Shown piece after piece: positions 37,980-48,200 of a DNA stretch of 64,000 nt (the first letter of the stretch is position 1; every line of letters starts with the position of its first letter). The DNA lies in assembly GCA_039809865.1 (NCBI GenBank), contig JBDHVW010000005.1, positions 10,671-74,670 of the forward strand, in the 5' to 3' direction. Source of the stretch: Vulcanimicrobiota bacterium (lineage in GTDB: Bacteria; Vulcanimicrobiota; Xenobia; Xenobiales; QWHO01). The position numbers and the translations under genes were made by a program. The notes beneath the pieces were generated by a model. The model searched no databases and had not been told where the DNA came from. It saw nothing but the letters and a program-made list of their open reading frames with translations.

Positions 37980-38408
37980 TCAAGAATCGACCTTCAGGAC
38001 CGTGCACTCGAGTCCCTCGATTCTCGCAAAATCGCTGTCGAACGTTATCAGGTGAGCTCGCGAGTCCAGGGCGGAGGCCGCGATCCAGATATCGTTCACC
38101 GGGAGGGGAGTGCCAGCCTGTCGAAGGCGGGCGAAGAGCTCGCCATAACGCTTGGCCACGGACTGGCTCACAGGCCGCAGTGCGACAAACGGCTCGGCCA
38201 AAAACTCGCTCAAGGCCGACGAATTTTCCTGATAGCGAGTTCCTAGCCGAAAAGCAGCTTCCAGTTCCCCGATGACTGTCGTGCTCAGGTCGACCGCGTC
38301 GGCAGCAGCCACCCAATCCAGAACTTTCTTGTGACGTCTTCGCAAATGGGAGTAAGCTGACGTATCCAGGGCGAGATGCCGGGAAGGCGGTCTATCGCCA
38401 GAGGTCAT
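37980..38408 (-). CDS. vapC: PIN domain ribonuclease toxin VapC
   Basis: About 142 aa from MTSGDRPPSRHLALDTSAY (first PIN acidic residue), followed by ...NDIWIAASAL...HLITFDSDF. It overlaps the upstream antitoxin gene by 17 bp. Confidence 0.75.
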   Translation of the reverse strand: MTSGDRPPSRHLALDTSAYSHLRRRHKKVLDWVAAADAVDLSTTVIGELEAAFRLGTRYQENSSALSEFLAEPFVALRPVSQSVAKRYGELFARLRQAGTPLPVNDIWIAASALDSRAHLITFDSDFARIEGLECTVLKVDS

Positions 38409-38643
38409 GGTCGATTTGTCTCTGGGCCCGCAAGGCTTGCTGGAACTCGAGCAAGTCGTCTTCGGTCCAGGTTCCGTAGCGTTCTGCCAGATGTTCCCGT
38501 CGCTGATCGATTCCGAGACTCTGGTCAAGAATTCGAAGAATCGTCGCGTTAACGCTGGTTCCGGTTGATTCAGCCAGGGTTTTCAGACGCTGGGCGAGTT
38601 CCGGGGAGACGTTGCGCAGCGTGATGACTTTGGACGTTTCCAT
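38392..38643 (-). CDS. vapB: antitoxin VapB-like (ribbon-helix-helix)
   Basis: 83-aa ORF whose N-terminal METSKVITLRNVSPELAQRLKTLAE has an RHH pattern; located directly upstream of the PIN toxin. Confidence 0.65.
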   Translation of the reverse strand: METSKVITLRNVSPELAQRLKTLAESTGTSVNATILRILDQSLGIDQRREHLAERYGTWTEDDLLEFQQALRAQRQIDHDLWR

Positions 38644-38703
38644 GACATCATGATTCTAGCGTGGTGATGTCATGCAGTCAACGGACTCAATCTGCGGCTC
38701 AGG

Positions 38704-41043
38704 TTATTCGACCAGGTCCCGCTCCACGGCCCATTCCCGAACCGTGGCGATCTCGGCGGCGGTCAACTCGGTGCCGCCCGCCATCAGGCGCCGGGCGTCG
38801 TCGCGGACATAACTCAGGCCCAGGTGTAGCCCCAACCCGGCCGCCAGGCACTGCGGCCCGGAGGCGGCCGGCAGCGACTGCGACACGACCAGCACCCGAC
38901 GGTGCGCGTAATAGACGCCCGGACGGCCCAACGCCGAGCGGACGAAAAAGACGTTGAGCGCCCCCGGCTCGAACTCGGGCAGCTGCGTCAGCGGAATGCC
39001 GTTGGGCACCTCGGGCGGAGGTGGGAGCGCGCGCGCCAGCACAGCGTCCTGCACGGCGGTGGGGGCGGCCCCCACGACCTCGAAAGCCAGCCCGGCCGGG
39101 GCGAAGAACTGATTGGCGTAGGCCACGCAGGCCTCGAAGAACGCGACCGGCTGGTCCACCCCCGCCTGCCGGTGTACGACCAGGTGCAGCCGCAGCGGAA
39201 TGCGCATCGGGGCCAGCGCGCACTCGGCGGGCGGAAGGTGCAGCATGAGCCTCTGCAGGCCCTGCACGCGCAGCGAGGCGCACTCGTCCGGGGTCAGCCG
39301 GGTGCCGCGGAAGCTGTTGCGGGCCAGGAGCCGCTCGGGCGGAGCATCGACGAAGCGGGCGCCCATCTGCGTGGCCAGCGTCAGCGCCAGGCACGAGCCG
39401 GCGCTGGGCACGGACTCGCTGACCAGGGTCACGCCCGGCGTCAGGTAAGCCACCCCCACCTGCAGACTGCCCGTCGCCCGGTTGCGGATCTCTTTGACGT
39501 AGAACAGGTTGTGAGCCATCGCATCGAACTCGGGCAGCAGGGTGAGGGGCGCGCCGTCGGGCGCGCTCGTGCCCGACGGCAGCACCTGCGAGAGCAGCGC
39601 GTCGCTGAGCCGGGTCTCGCTCCAAGATTGGATCTCGGCCTGGATGCCCGCCGGGGCCAGAATCGCGTTGGCGGAGCGCACGGCCTCCTCCAGCTCGCGC
39701 CTTGTGCGCGTGGCGCCGACCTCCGCGTGGCCCACGCGGTGGATGCGCAGCGGCAGGCGCAGCGTCCAGCGGTCGACGGGCTCGGGCGGGCCGAGCAGAC
39801 GCGCGGCGCGCTGGCGGGCCCAGCGCACGTCGTCCGGGCTCAGCTGGGTGCCCGGCTCGGGGAAGTTGGTCAACCGCTGCGGCGCGCCCTGGCTGGGAGC
39901 CAGCCCCAGGATCAGCCCCAGGCCCAGGGCCAGCCAGCGCTCGGATGCGTCGTGCGCCAGCAAGAGGATGCGCTCCGCCGGGTAGGCCACCATGGGCAGC
40001 GTGCGCACGGTGCCGCGCAGGGGCAGAAACGTGGCCCGGTAGAGGTTGATGCCCCGCGAATGATACCCCGCCGAGCGCCGGAGCGGACCGCAATCAGCCA
40101 GCGGAGCCTGGCTCTCGGGCTCGCGCGGGCAGGCGCGCTCGAGCGAGCCCGGCCCGGCCCCATAGCCGACCAGCTCGAACCCGATTCCGGCGGCTTTCCA
40201 CAACTCGTTGGCCCGGGTCAGGAGAGCCGCCAGCCCCTGCCCGCCGTCCAGCTCGACACCATACACCGGCAGGCGCAGCTCGGTGGCCGGGGGAGCGGGA
40301 GGGCTGGCGGCGCTGGCCGGAGAGCGAGGGTGCCAGGCCAGGAGGGGCGGCTCGAGGTCCCTGGGGCGCAGCTCCGGCGGCAGGGCGTCCAGGTCCGAGA
40401 CCATCGGACCGGCAGTCTCCGGCTCCACCACCGCCATCAAAGGGCGCTCGGGCAGGGCCGGGTCGTCGGGCCCGTGCGACTCGGAGAGTTTGGGCCCCGG
40501 CCTGAACTCGGCCCGCATGAGCCCGGCCAGCAGGCGCGAGTCGTCCAGCAACGCGGCCCGCGGCTCCTCTCTTGGAGGGGGCTCCGGACGGGCCTCGGGA
40601 GCGGTTTCCTGGGGCGTCAACCCGGCCAGGTCCAGCAGGCACCGGGCGATCAGCTCGACCTCGTTGCCGTCCAACTCGTCCGGCACCAGCGCCAGCTGCT
40701 GGAGCTTGTGCGGCACCAGCGCGTGATGAGGAGCGCCGCTCACCTGGCCGCCGATGGCCAGGATCTCGCTGGTGAAGAACAGGTTCATCGCCTGATGGTC
40801 GAACGCCGGCAGATTGGCCAGCCCCAAACCGTTGGGACGCCGCCGCGACGAGCGAATGCGCGGGTCGTTGGGGAACGCGTCATGCAGGGCCCCGATCGGC
40901 ACCGGGTCGTCGCGCACGCCGACGAGCTCGACCTCCAGGTTGGAGGGGAGATAGCGCCAGGTCGCCTTCAGCAGCGCCTCGACGTCCTCGGGCGCGCGGC
41001 TGGTGGCAGCCAGGTGAGCGACGACCGGAATCGTTACGGCCAC
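38704..41043 (-). CDS. hypothetical protein (779 aa) with four internal divergent repeats
   Basis: Natural composition, whereas the alternative frames 38699..40093 (-) and 38902..41823 (+) are R/G/A-rich. The repeated module is PxGxPLTxLPEFDxxAxNLF(F/Y)V (ANLPAFDHQAMNLFFTSE; LTLLPEFDAMAHNLFYVKE; LTQLPEFEPGALNVFFVRS; plus the degenerate INLYRATFLP). It lies 3 bp downstream of an acyl-CoA dehydrogenase gene. Confidence 0.6.
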   Translation of the reverse strand: MAVTIPVVAHLAATSRAPEDVEALLKATWRYLPSNLEVELVGVRDDPVPIGALHDAFPNDPRIRSSRRRPNGLGLANLPAFDHQAMNLFFTSEILAIGGQVSGAPHHALVPHKLQQLALVPDELDGNEVELIARCLLDLAGLTPQETAPEARPEPPPREEPRAALLDDSRLLAGLMRAEFRPGPKLSESHGPDDPALPERPLMAVVEPETAGPMVSDLDALPPELRPRDLEPPLLAWHPRSPASAASPPAPPATELRLPVYGVELDGGQGLAALLTRANELWKAAGIGFELVGYGAGPGSLERACPREPESQAPLADCGPLRRSAGYHSRGINLYRATFLPLRGTVRTLPMVAYPAERILLLAHDASERWLALGLGLILGLAPSQGAPQRLTNFPEPGTQLSPDDVRWARQRAARLLGPPEPVDRWTLRLPLRIHRVGHAEVGATRTRRELEEAVRSANAILAPAGIQAEIQSWSETRLSDALLSQVLPSGTSAPDGAPLTLLPEFDAMAHNLFYVKEIRNRATGSLQVGVAYLTPGVTLVSESVPSAGSCLALTLATQMGARFVDAPPERLLARNSFRGTRLTPDECASLRVQGLQRLMLHLPPAECALAPMRIPLRLHLVVHRQAGVDQPVAFFEACVAYANQFFAPAGLAFEVVGAAPTAVQDAVLARALPPPPEVPNGIPLTQLPEFEPGALNVFFVRSALGRPGVYYAHRRVLVVSQSLPAASGPQCLAAGLGLHLGLSYVRDDARRLMAGGTELTAAEIATVREWAVERDLVE

Positions 41044-41046
41044 GGG

Positions 41047-42234
41047 TTAACCGACCGGGGCGGGCTCCCGCCGGTGCTCGTCCTCGTAAGCCTGGATGCC
41101 GGTCAGGTGGCGGCCCAGAATCAGTTGCTGGATCTGCGACGTGCCCTCGTAAAGGCTGGCCACGCGCGCGTCGCGCCAGAGCCGTTCGGGGGCGAACTCG
41201 TTGGAGTAGCCGTAGCCGCCGTGGATCTGGATCGCTTTGTCGGCCGCCCGCTTGGCCACCTCGCTGGCGTAGTACTTGCAGACCGAGACCTCGATGGTGC
41301 TGCGGCGCTTCTCGTTCTTGGCCATCCCGGCCTGGTAGACCAGCAGCCGCGCGGCCTGCGTCTCGACGTAGAGGTCGGCCAGCATCTCCTGCACCAGCTG
41401 GAAACCGGCGATGGGCTTGCCGAAGGCCTGGCGCTCCCTGGCGTAGGCCACGCTGCAGTCCAGCGCGTGCTGGGCTATGCCCACGCACCCGCTGGCCACG
41501 CCGTAACGACCATTGTCGAGCGCGCTCATGGCGATCTTGAAGCCTTCACCCACCTCGCCCAGGCGGGCCGAATCGGGCACGCGCACGTTCTCGAGGAAGA
41601 GCTCGCCCGTGTCGGAGGCGCGCAGGCCCAGCTTGCCTTTCATTTTCTGGGCGTGGAAGCCCTGGCTGGAGGTCTCCACCAGGAAGGCCACCATGCCCTT
41701 GTTCTTCGAGCCCGGCTCGGTCTGAGCGAAGATCAGCGCCAGGTCGGCCCAGGTTCCGTTGGAGATCCACACCTTCTGGCCATTGAGGATCCAGTCGGAG
41801 CCCTGTCGCACGGCCCGCGTTGAGAGGTTCTGCGCGTCCGAGCCGGCGCCCGGCTCAGTCAGGCCGAAGCAGCCGATCAACTCGGCCGAGCACAGGCGCG
41901 GCAGATAAGCCTTTTTCTGCTCCTCGGTGCCCCAGGTCAAGATGGTCAGCTCGACGAGCGACATCTGCACCGACAGCGTGGTGCGCACCGAGCTGTCGGC
42001 ATAGCCGATCTCCTCGAAGACCATCGCCTCGCTGATGTAATCGAGCCCGGCGCCGCCGTATAGCTCGGGGATGGGCACCCCCAGAAAGCCGAGCTTGCCC
42101 ATCTCGTTGAGCAGCTCGCGGGGGTAGGCCTCGTCGATGTCCCATTGACGGGCGTTCGGGAGGATTTTGTCTTTGGCGAAGACGCGCGCGGCGTCGCGAA
42201 TCATTTTCTGTTCGGAAGTGGGGTTGAAGTCCAT
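41047..42234 (-). CDS. acyl-CoA dehydrogenase
   Basis: 395 aa with a canonical ACAD N-terminus (MDFNPTSEQKMIRDAARVFAKDKI), CFGLTEPGAGSDA, and a C-terminal YEGTSQIQQLILGRHL. Confidence 0.9.
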   Translation of the reverse strand: MDFNPTSEQKMIRDAARVFAKDKILPNARQWDIDEAYPRELLNEMGKLGFLGVPIPELYGGAGLDYISEAMVFEEIGYADSSVRTTLSVQMSLVELTILTWGTEEQKKAYLPRLCSAELIGCFGLTEPGAGSDAQNLSTRAVRQGSDWILNGQKVWISNGTWADLALIFAQTEPGSKNKGMVAFLVETSSQGFHAQKMKGKLGLRASDTGELFLENVRVPDSARLGEVGEGFKIAMSALDNGRYGVASGCVGIAQHALDCSVAYARERQAFGKPIAGFQLVQEMLADLYVETQAARLLVYQAGMAKNEKRRSTIEVSVCKYYASEVAKRAADKAIQIHGGYGYSNEFAPERLWRDARVASLYEGTSQIQQLILGRHLTGIQAYEDEHRREPAPVG

Positions 42235-42278
42235 GGTGCGCCGGGGTTTCTCGCAGGGTGTGGAGAAGCCCTTTCGCC

Positions 42279-43010
42279 ATGCGGCTTGCCGAGATGACTT
42301 ACACCGAGTTCGCCGGGCTCGATCGCTCGCGCTGCCTGGCCCTTTTGCCCGTGGGAGCGGTGGAGGCGCACGGGCCCCACCTGCCGCTCGGCACCGACAA
42401 CGTGATCGCCGACGCCATGGCGCGGGCAGCCGGCGCGGAGCTCCTCAAGCACGACTGGCTGCCCCTGGTCTTGCCCGGCCTGGACTTCACGGTGGCCGGC
42501 TTTGGTCGCAATTTTCCCGGCACGTTTTGCTTTCGCCCCGCGACGGTGCAGGCGTGGCTGCGGGACCTGATGGACGAGCTGGCGCGCTGGGGCGTGCGGG
42601 CGCTCGGGATCGCCAACGCGCATCTCGACCCGGGCCACCTCGCGTCGCTCCGCGAGGCGCTGGCCGACCCGCCGCTGCCGGTCGCCTTCCCCGACCTGAC
42701 GCGCCGCAAGCACGCCGCGCGGCTCACGGAGGAGTTCCAGAGCGGGGCCTGCCATGCCGGCCAGTATGAAGGCTCGGTCGTGCTGGCGGCCCGGCCCGAG
42801 CTGGTCCGGCTGGAAGCCGCCCGCTCTTTGCAAGACAACCCGCGCTCCCTGGTCGAGGCCATTCGCGCCGGCCAGCTCAGCTTCGAGGAAGCCGGCGGCC
42901 ACCACGCTTACTTTGGCTCGCCCAGAGGCATCAGCGCGTCCGAGGGCCATTCAACCATCGATATTCTGGGCGCCATCCTGGCCGAGGAGCTCCTCGCTCT
43001 TCTGAGCTGA
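42279..43010 (+). CDS. creatininase family amidohydrolase
   Basis: Starts at MRLAEMTYTEF. Family pattern LLPVGAVEAHGPHLPLGTDNVIADAM...ANAHLDPGHL...GQYEGSV. Confidence 0.75.
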   Translation: MRLAEMTYTEFAGLDRSRCLALLPVGAVEAHGPHLPLGTDNVIADAMARAAGAELLKHDWLPLVLPGLDFTVAGFGRNFPGTFCFRPATVQAWLRDLMDELARWGVRALGIANAHLDPGHLASLREALADPPLPVAFPDLTRRKHAARLTEEFQSGACHAGQYEGSVVLAARPELVRLEAARSLQDNPRSLVEAIRAGQLSFEEAGGHHAYFGSPRGISASEGHSTIDILGAILAEELLALLS

Positions 43011-43023
43011 CCGCCAACGAGGC

Positions 43024-43055
43024 AAAAAAAAGCGCCCCGCGTTCCGCGAGGCGCC
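43024..43055 (-). terminator. rho-independent terminator (for the minus-strand secreted protein gene ending at 43078)
   Basis: The plus strand reads AAAAAAAA-GCGCCCCGCG-TTCC-GCGAGGCGC, so on the minus strand the hairpin is followed by a U8 tract. Confidence 0.6.
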
Positions 43056-43077
43056 TTCTGCCCGAGACAGCGACTTC

Positions 43078-43677
43078 TTAGAAGCCGGTCTTGGGATTGA
43101 CGTTCCACTGGATGTTGTTGAACTTGCGCTCTTCCGTCACCTTGGAGCCGTCGACTTTCTGCGAGTGCACGATCGTGCCATCGTCGGTCGCCCAGACCTT
43201 GCAGCCGTTCGAGAAGGTGAACAGCGTGGTGGCCTGGCCCTTGTAGCTGTCGCCGGCGCTGACCTTGGGGGCGCTGCTGCCACAGTCCTTGATGATCAGG
43301 CCGAAAACGCTCTGGTAGAGGGAGGTGCCGGCCACATCTTTGTGGTCCAGGCTGCGCTTGATCTGGCCGCTGCCGACGCGGGCGACGACCTGGTTGGCGT
43401 TCTCAGAGCTGTTGAAAACGGTGACCGCACCCACGCGATCCTGGCTGCCCGGCAGCACCTTCGTGCGGACCGACAGCGGGTTGTTGATGCAGGCATACTC
43501 GAAATTGTACTTGCCTTTGGGGCCGACATACTCATAGGTGCAGGAATAATCCTTGGCTCCGGCCACCTTGGCTTTGACGGCATCCCAGGTCGTTGCGGCC
43601 TGACTCGTCGAGGCGTTGAGCAGAATAGCGCTCAGGACCCCCATGGCCATAGCGACGAACTTCGTGCGGAATTTCAT
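43078..43677 (-). CDS. secreted hypothetical protein (199 aa, Lys-rich, beta-rich)
   Basis: Signal peptide (MKFRTKFVAMAMGVLSAILLNASTSQA) and its own AGGAG RBS. Last gene of the tatD / tubulin-like / cyclase operon, followed by a terminator. Confidence 0.65.
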   Translation of the reverse strand: MKFRTKFVAMAMGVLSAILLNASTSQAATTWDAVKAKVAGAKDYSCTYEYVGPKGKYNFEYACINNPLSVRTKVLPGSQDRVGAVTVFNSSENANQVVARVGSGQIKRSLDHKDVAGTSLYQSVFGLIIKDCGSSAPKVSAGDSYKGQATTLFTFSNGCKVWATDDGTIVHSQKVDGSKVTEERKFNNIQWNVNPKTGF

Positions 43678-43719
43678 TCTGGTTTCTCCTAACTCCTTGG
43701 GAAAATGCCGGTCCGAGTT

Positions 43720-45276
43720 CTACGACGCGTTCGTAGATCCTTCGAACGGGTCGACCACGAAGATCTTGACGTCGTACTCGGGCCAATACTCTTCGCGGGC
43801 GACCACCGGTCTAACCGGCAAGCGACCCAGAGTGTTTTCGGTCAGGCAAATTTCCCGGGCTCCCGCCCCTTTTTGCACTTTGCCGGCCACGTCCAGCGTG
43901 TAATCGTAGAGGTTGCGGGTTTGGGACGCGTCGCCCAGGTCGCGCGTGAGCACCTTGCCGCTGTTCACGCCGATGCGCACCTCCAGGCCCATCTCCAGGC
44001 GGTTGTGACGGCGGTTGAAGGCGCCCAGGTGGAGCTGGATCTCCCGACAGCATTCCACCGCATCCTGGGCCGAGTCGAAGACCGCCATGGTGCCATCCCC
44101 GGCCGCGTCCTTGACGTGGCCTTTGTGGCGCCGCACCAGGTTGCCCACATACTCGTGATACTGCTGGAACGTGTAGGTCACGTTGACTTTGTCCTGATTC
44201 TGCTTCAAGCGGGTGGAGTCGACCACGTCCAGGCAGACCGCGGTGCATTCGCGGCCCTCCGAAACGGGCGCCGACACGCTCTCGGGCGCACCCACCAGCT
44301 CTTTGTACATCGCGTTGCGGATGCGGCAATTGCCGTCCTTGTCGGCTTTGATCAGCCCGATCAACTCGAGGCGCGCCAGACGAGGATTGGTCATGCGGTT
44401 GAACTTGATCTTCTCGCCCACCAGCACGCGGTCGAGCCAGGGACGCAGCTCGGGCTCGCTCTCCAGGCGGTGCACCACGTGGTCGAGGTTGTTGCAGTCG
44501 CTCATAATCTCGCGCACGGCGCGCGCGACCACCTCGGGGCCGCCGACCGGAATGCGCCAGCCGGCCAGCACGGAGCAAAGGCGCTGGGTCAGGTAGGGCT
44601 GACCTTCCGTCCAGCGATAGATCTCGTCGGGAACGTCCTCGGCGGTGGCGATTCCCAGGCGCTCGAGCAGCGTCACCAGCTTGCGCACGCCGTCGCGCGT
44701 CAGGTCGGTCATGCGCAGGGTCTTGGAGACGTTGAAAGGCGAGTTGGCCTGGTTCTTGATCAGGTCGCGGGGCGAGAACGTGCCGCAGAGGACGAAGGAC
44801 ATCCTGGCAAACTCGGGCTTGACCTGGCGATTGGAGAACACGTAGCGCACGTTGCCGAAGAACGCGTCGGTAAACTCCTCGGGCACCGAGCCGACCTCGT
44901 CGAGCATCAACACGACCCGTCCCAGGGCGCCGCCCAGCGCGCGCAGGTAGTTCAAGAACTCGAGGTGCGTCGCGGGCATTTCCGAGGGGCCGCCAATTTG
45001 CTCATGGATCGTGGTGGCGATGTAGCGGTACCACGACGGTAGCGGCTCCTCGCGGGCGGCCGAGAGGTCCACATAGGCGATCGCGTAGCCCTGGGGCGCC
45101 AGCTTGTGGCGAACCCGGTAGAGAAGGCTCGTCTTGCCCATCTGGCGCGGGCCGATGACGGTGACGAAGTCGCCCGCCGCCAGGTGCTCGGGCAACTTCT
45201 CGTCCTCGATCCGATCGCAGTAGGCGGCCGAGTCCGGCCGCAGATTCCCGCCCCAGTGAAACAGGTCAGCCTCCAT
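43720..45276 (-). CDS. AAA-like ATPase fused to class III adenylyl/guanylyl (nucleotidyl) cyclase domain
   Basis: 518 aa. The N-terminal domain has Walker A GPRQMGKTSLL and Walker B VLMLDEVGS. The C-terminal ~180 aa carry CHD cyclase motifs (AVCLDVVDSTRL...HKGHVKDAAGDGTMAVF...RIGVNSGKV). AAGGAG RBS; the start overlaps the upstream giant gene stop by 11 nt. Confidence 0.75.
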   Translation of the reverse strand: MEADLFHWGGNLRPDSAAYCDRIEDEKLPEHLAAGDFVTVIGPRQMGKTSLLYRVRHKLAPQGYAIAYVDLSAAREEPLPSWYRYIATTIHEQIGGPSEMPATHLEFLNYLRALGGALGRVVLMLDEVGSVPEEFTDAFFGNVRYVFSNRQVKPEFARMSFVLCGTFSPRDLIKNQANSPFNVSKTLRMTDLTRDGVRKLVTLLERLGIATAEDVPDEIYRWTEGQPYLTQRLCSVLAGWRIPVGGPEVVARAVREIMSDCNNLDHVVHRLESEPELRPWLDRVLVGEKIKFNRMTNPRLARLELIGLIKADKDGNCRIRNAMYKELVGAPESVSAPVSEGRECTAVCLDVVDSTRLKQNQDKVNVTYTFQQYHEYVGNLVRRHKGHVKDAAGDGTMAVFDSAQDAVECCREIQLHLGAFNRRHNRLEMGLEVRIGVNSGKVLTRDLGDASQTRNLYDYTLDVAGKVQKGAGAREICLTENTLGRLPVRPVVAREEYWPEYDVKIFVVDPFEGSTNAS

Positions 45277-48200
45277 TCGCCATCATCTCCTTGTAGAGGT
45301 CCACGCCCTCGCGAACATCCATCACCTGGGCCACCATCTCGGGGAAGGAGCGCACCGCCAGGTGGTAGCGTGGACCATGCCGCTCGAGCAAGCCATAGAG
45401 ACAGAGGTTGTCCAGGGACTCCACCAGCTCGGGCAGGCTCAGCTTGACGTCGTAATCGGCCTCCAGGCGTTTTCGTAAATCCTGGGCGGTGATCTCCTCG
45501 TCCGTCTCGAGGGTCAGCGAGGCGATCCGCTCGCGCATCCCGCCCGATCCCCACAGCGTTTCCAGGTATTCCTCGGCGAAGAGCTGGTCGGTGAGCACCT
45601 CGCGCAAGAGGTCGGTGGAGATCTGACGCGTCCGCTCACGGTTGAGGCGATCGACCAGCACGCTGCAGGCCCGCTGCACCAGGTTGGGATGCCCGGCGGA
45701 AACGTAAAGCAGCATCTCCAGCGCCGCCTGGCGGTCGTCGAAGCGAACCTCCATCTGCTCTAAGGGCTCCGTGATCAGGTTCGTGGCCTCTTCGGCGCTC
45801 AAAAAGCCCAGTTTCATGGCGTGGCTGAAATTGAAAAACGCGGAGTCGGCCTGGTGCAGCTTATGGTGCAGGGTGCGCTCGCCACAAAGGAGGAAGCTGG
45901 CCTTCCCCTCGGTGGCGGCCTGGCGGAACGAGCGCCCCAAGAACTCGGAGTTTTGCGGGTCCTGCGCCAGCATCAGGTCGATCTCGTCGAGGATGATCAG
46001 GGCCTGGCGGCCCTCGTGGCGGTGCTGGAGCTCCATCAGGATGGCCGGAAAGCTCATCTTGGGCTCCCAGTTGGGGAGGTGCTCGGCCGCCAGCGTCATC
46101 AGGAAGTCCGAGCCTTTGGAGAGCGCCTGGCAGTCGAGATAGAAGACGGGCCGGTCCTGCTTGCGCAGGGAGCTCAGCACCCGCTGCAGCACCGAGGTCT
46201 TGCCTACCCGCCGGGGCCCCACCAGGGCCACGTTGCTGTGATCGAGCCGGTAGTGGATCTCCTTGATCACGCCCTCGCGCCCGTAGAACATCGAGGCGGG
46301 CACCGGTCCCTCCGTCACGAAGGGCGACACCACCGTGAGATCGACCTGCTCGAGCACGCGCCGCACCAGTTGGGACAGGCGGTTCTTCTCGCGCATGATG
46401 GCCTTGAGGTCGTCGGGGGTGAGCGCAATGATGTCGTAACGCAGCAAGCTGGACAGTCCCTCGGACAAAAGGGCGCGGTTGGCCTCTTTGTCGCCGGTCA
46501 CGAGCAGGAACCCGAACCGGTTGTCCTGGCCGACCTGCTCGAGCAAATTGCGCAGGTTGGCCACATCTTGCGGACCCATCAGGGGCCGCAGGCATGCCAG
46601 GAAGGGAATGGTGGAGGGGATGCGGATGCGGAGCCCGTGGGTCTCCACCAGCCGGCCCCAGATCGTCCCCAGGCCGAGGGGGCGCCCGGGCGTGAAACCG
46701 AGCGTCTGGCAGCAGAAGTCGATGATCTCGCCGGCCGCGCGGGCGAAGACGTCCGGATCCATCTCCTGGCTTTCCACCAGGCGCCGGATATCCGCGTCGA
46801 GGTGGGAGAGGTCGCGGGCCGAAACCAGCTCCAGGCGCCCGGCGCCGGGGTGGAAAGCCAGGTTCTCGCCCGGGTGCGTGAGCTCATAGCGCTGCATGGC
46901 CCAGCGGCGATAGCCGGCCGGGATCTGGACCAGGTCGGCCTCGGAGAGGCTGGGCGCGTGCTTGAGATAGCTCGCCAGCAAGGGCTCCCATTCCTGCCAG
47001 GATTGCTCGAGCTGCAGGCGCAGACGGCGCGCGGCCTGATGCAGCCAGGGCTCGAGGTCCACCCCCAGCAGCATGCGCCCGGACCCGGCCATCCTGTCCT
47101 CGCTGAGCTCGAGCTGCTTGAGATAGCCCTCCACTCCTAACTCGTCCAGTTTCTCCTCCTGCCAGCGCGCCAGCGAGATGAGCAGCGTGCTCTGGGTGAG
47201 CAGACCCTCCTCGATGTCGTGGAAGAGGTAGAGGCACGAGATGACCGGCGTCATGTCGGGCCAGCGCAGGCTCTCCAGCGTGTCGCCGGCCTCGAGGTGG
47301 CCGAGCCGGACGGCTGCGGCCAGCGTTTCCCAGACCCGCTCGCGCTCGTAGTCGGAGGGGCGCGACAGAGCTCGCCAGCGCACGTCGGTGCGCGAATGAG
47401 GAGCGACTTTGGCGCCTTTCAGCTCGTTGAGGTAGGACGAATGCAGCGGACCGAGCTCGAGAGCCCGCAGCGGAAAGCCCCCCGTGACGCGCAAGAAGAC
47501 CATGCGCTCGCGGGTCAAGAACGGCACCACGCTCAGGGTCAACTCTTGCTGCAGCAAGAACTCGGCCAGCTTCTGATGGCCGGGCGTCTCCTCGCCGGGC
47601 GCGGCGTGGACGGCGACGAAGGCCACCTCCTGGCCGTGGCCCCAGCCTTCCAGCTGCTGGCGCGGCTGCAGCGCCGGCCGGGCGCGCAGGAAGAGCTGCT
47701 TGAGCTGCTCTTCGGCGGCCGCGCCGCGATAGCGCTGGAAGAACTGATCCACCGCGTCGATCCCCTCCAGGCCCCCCAGGTGGCGCGCCACCGCGCCCAC
47801 CAGGGCCGAGACGGCCTCGCGAGGCTTGTAGCGCGCCGGCAGCTCGATGGGCTCCACGTTGAGCTCGTCGCGCACCCAGCGCGGCGCTTTCTCGATCTTC
47901 TTGTCGCTGGCCCGGTCGGCCAGAAAGTCGTTGACCTCGGTGCGGCTCAGCAGCACCTCGCCGGGCACCGAGAAGACCTGGCCCATCGCCTGGTTGTGCT
48001 GGTCGTGGAAGAGCTTGCCCAGCGTGGTCAGGTATTCGAACAGGGTAGTGGTGTCCGAGCGGAACCTTTCGACCAGCAGCAGCAGCTCCTGAAAGGCGTT
48101 CCAGGCCTCGCGGTGGATGTGAAGCACGAGCCGGCTGGAGTAGAACCGCTCGATCAGCTCCAGGGCCGGGGGGGTGGTCGACAGGCCTTTCTTCTTCTTG

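Noticed and set aside
38902-41823. 973-aa plus-strand ORF and the 464-aa minus-strand alternative frame (38699..40093)
   Set aside because: Both are R/G/A/P-rich. The 779-aa minus-strand frame has natural composition and internal repeats and is preferred.
43022-43060. Terminator serving the plus-strand creatininase gene
   Set aside because: The A-tract precedes the hairpin on the plus strand, so the U-tract follows it only on the minus-strand transcript. It is assigned to the minus-strand gene instead.
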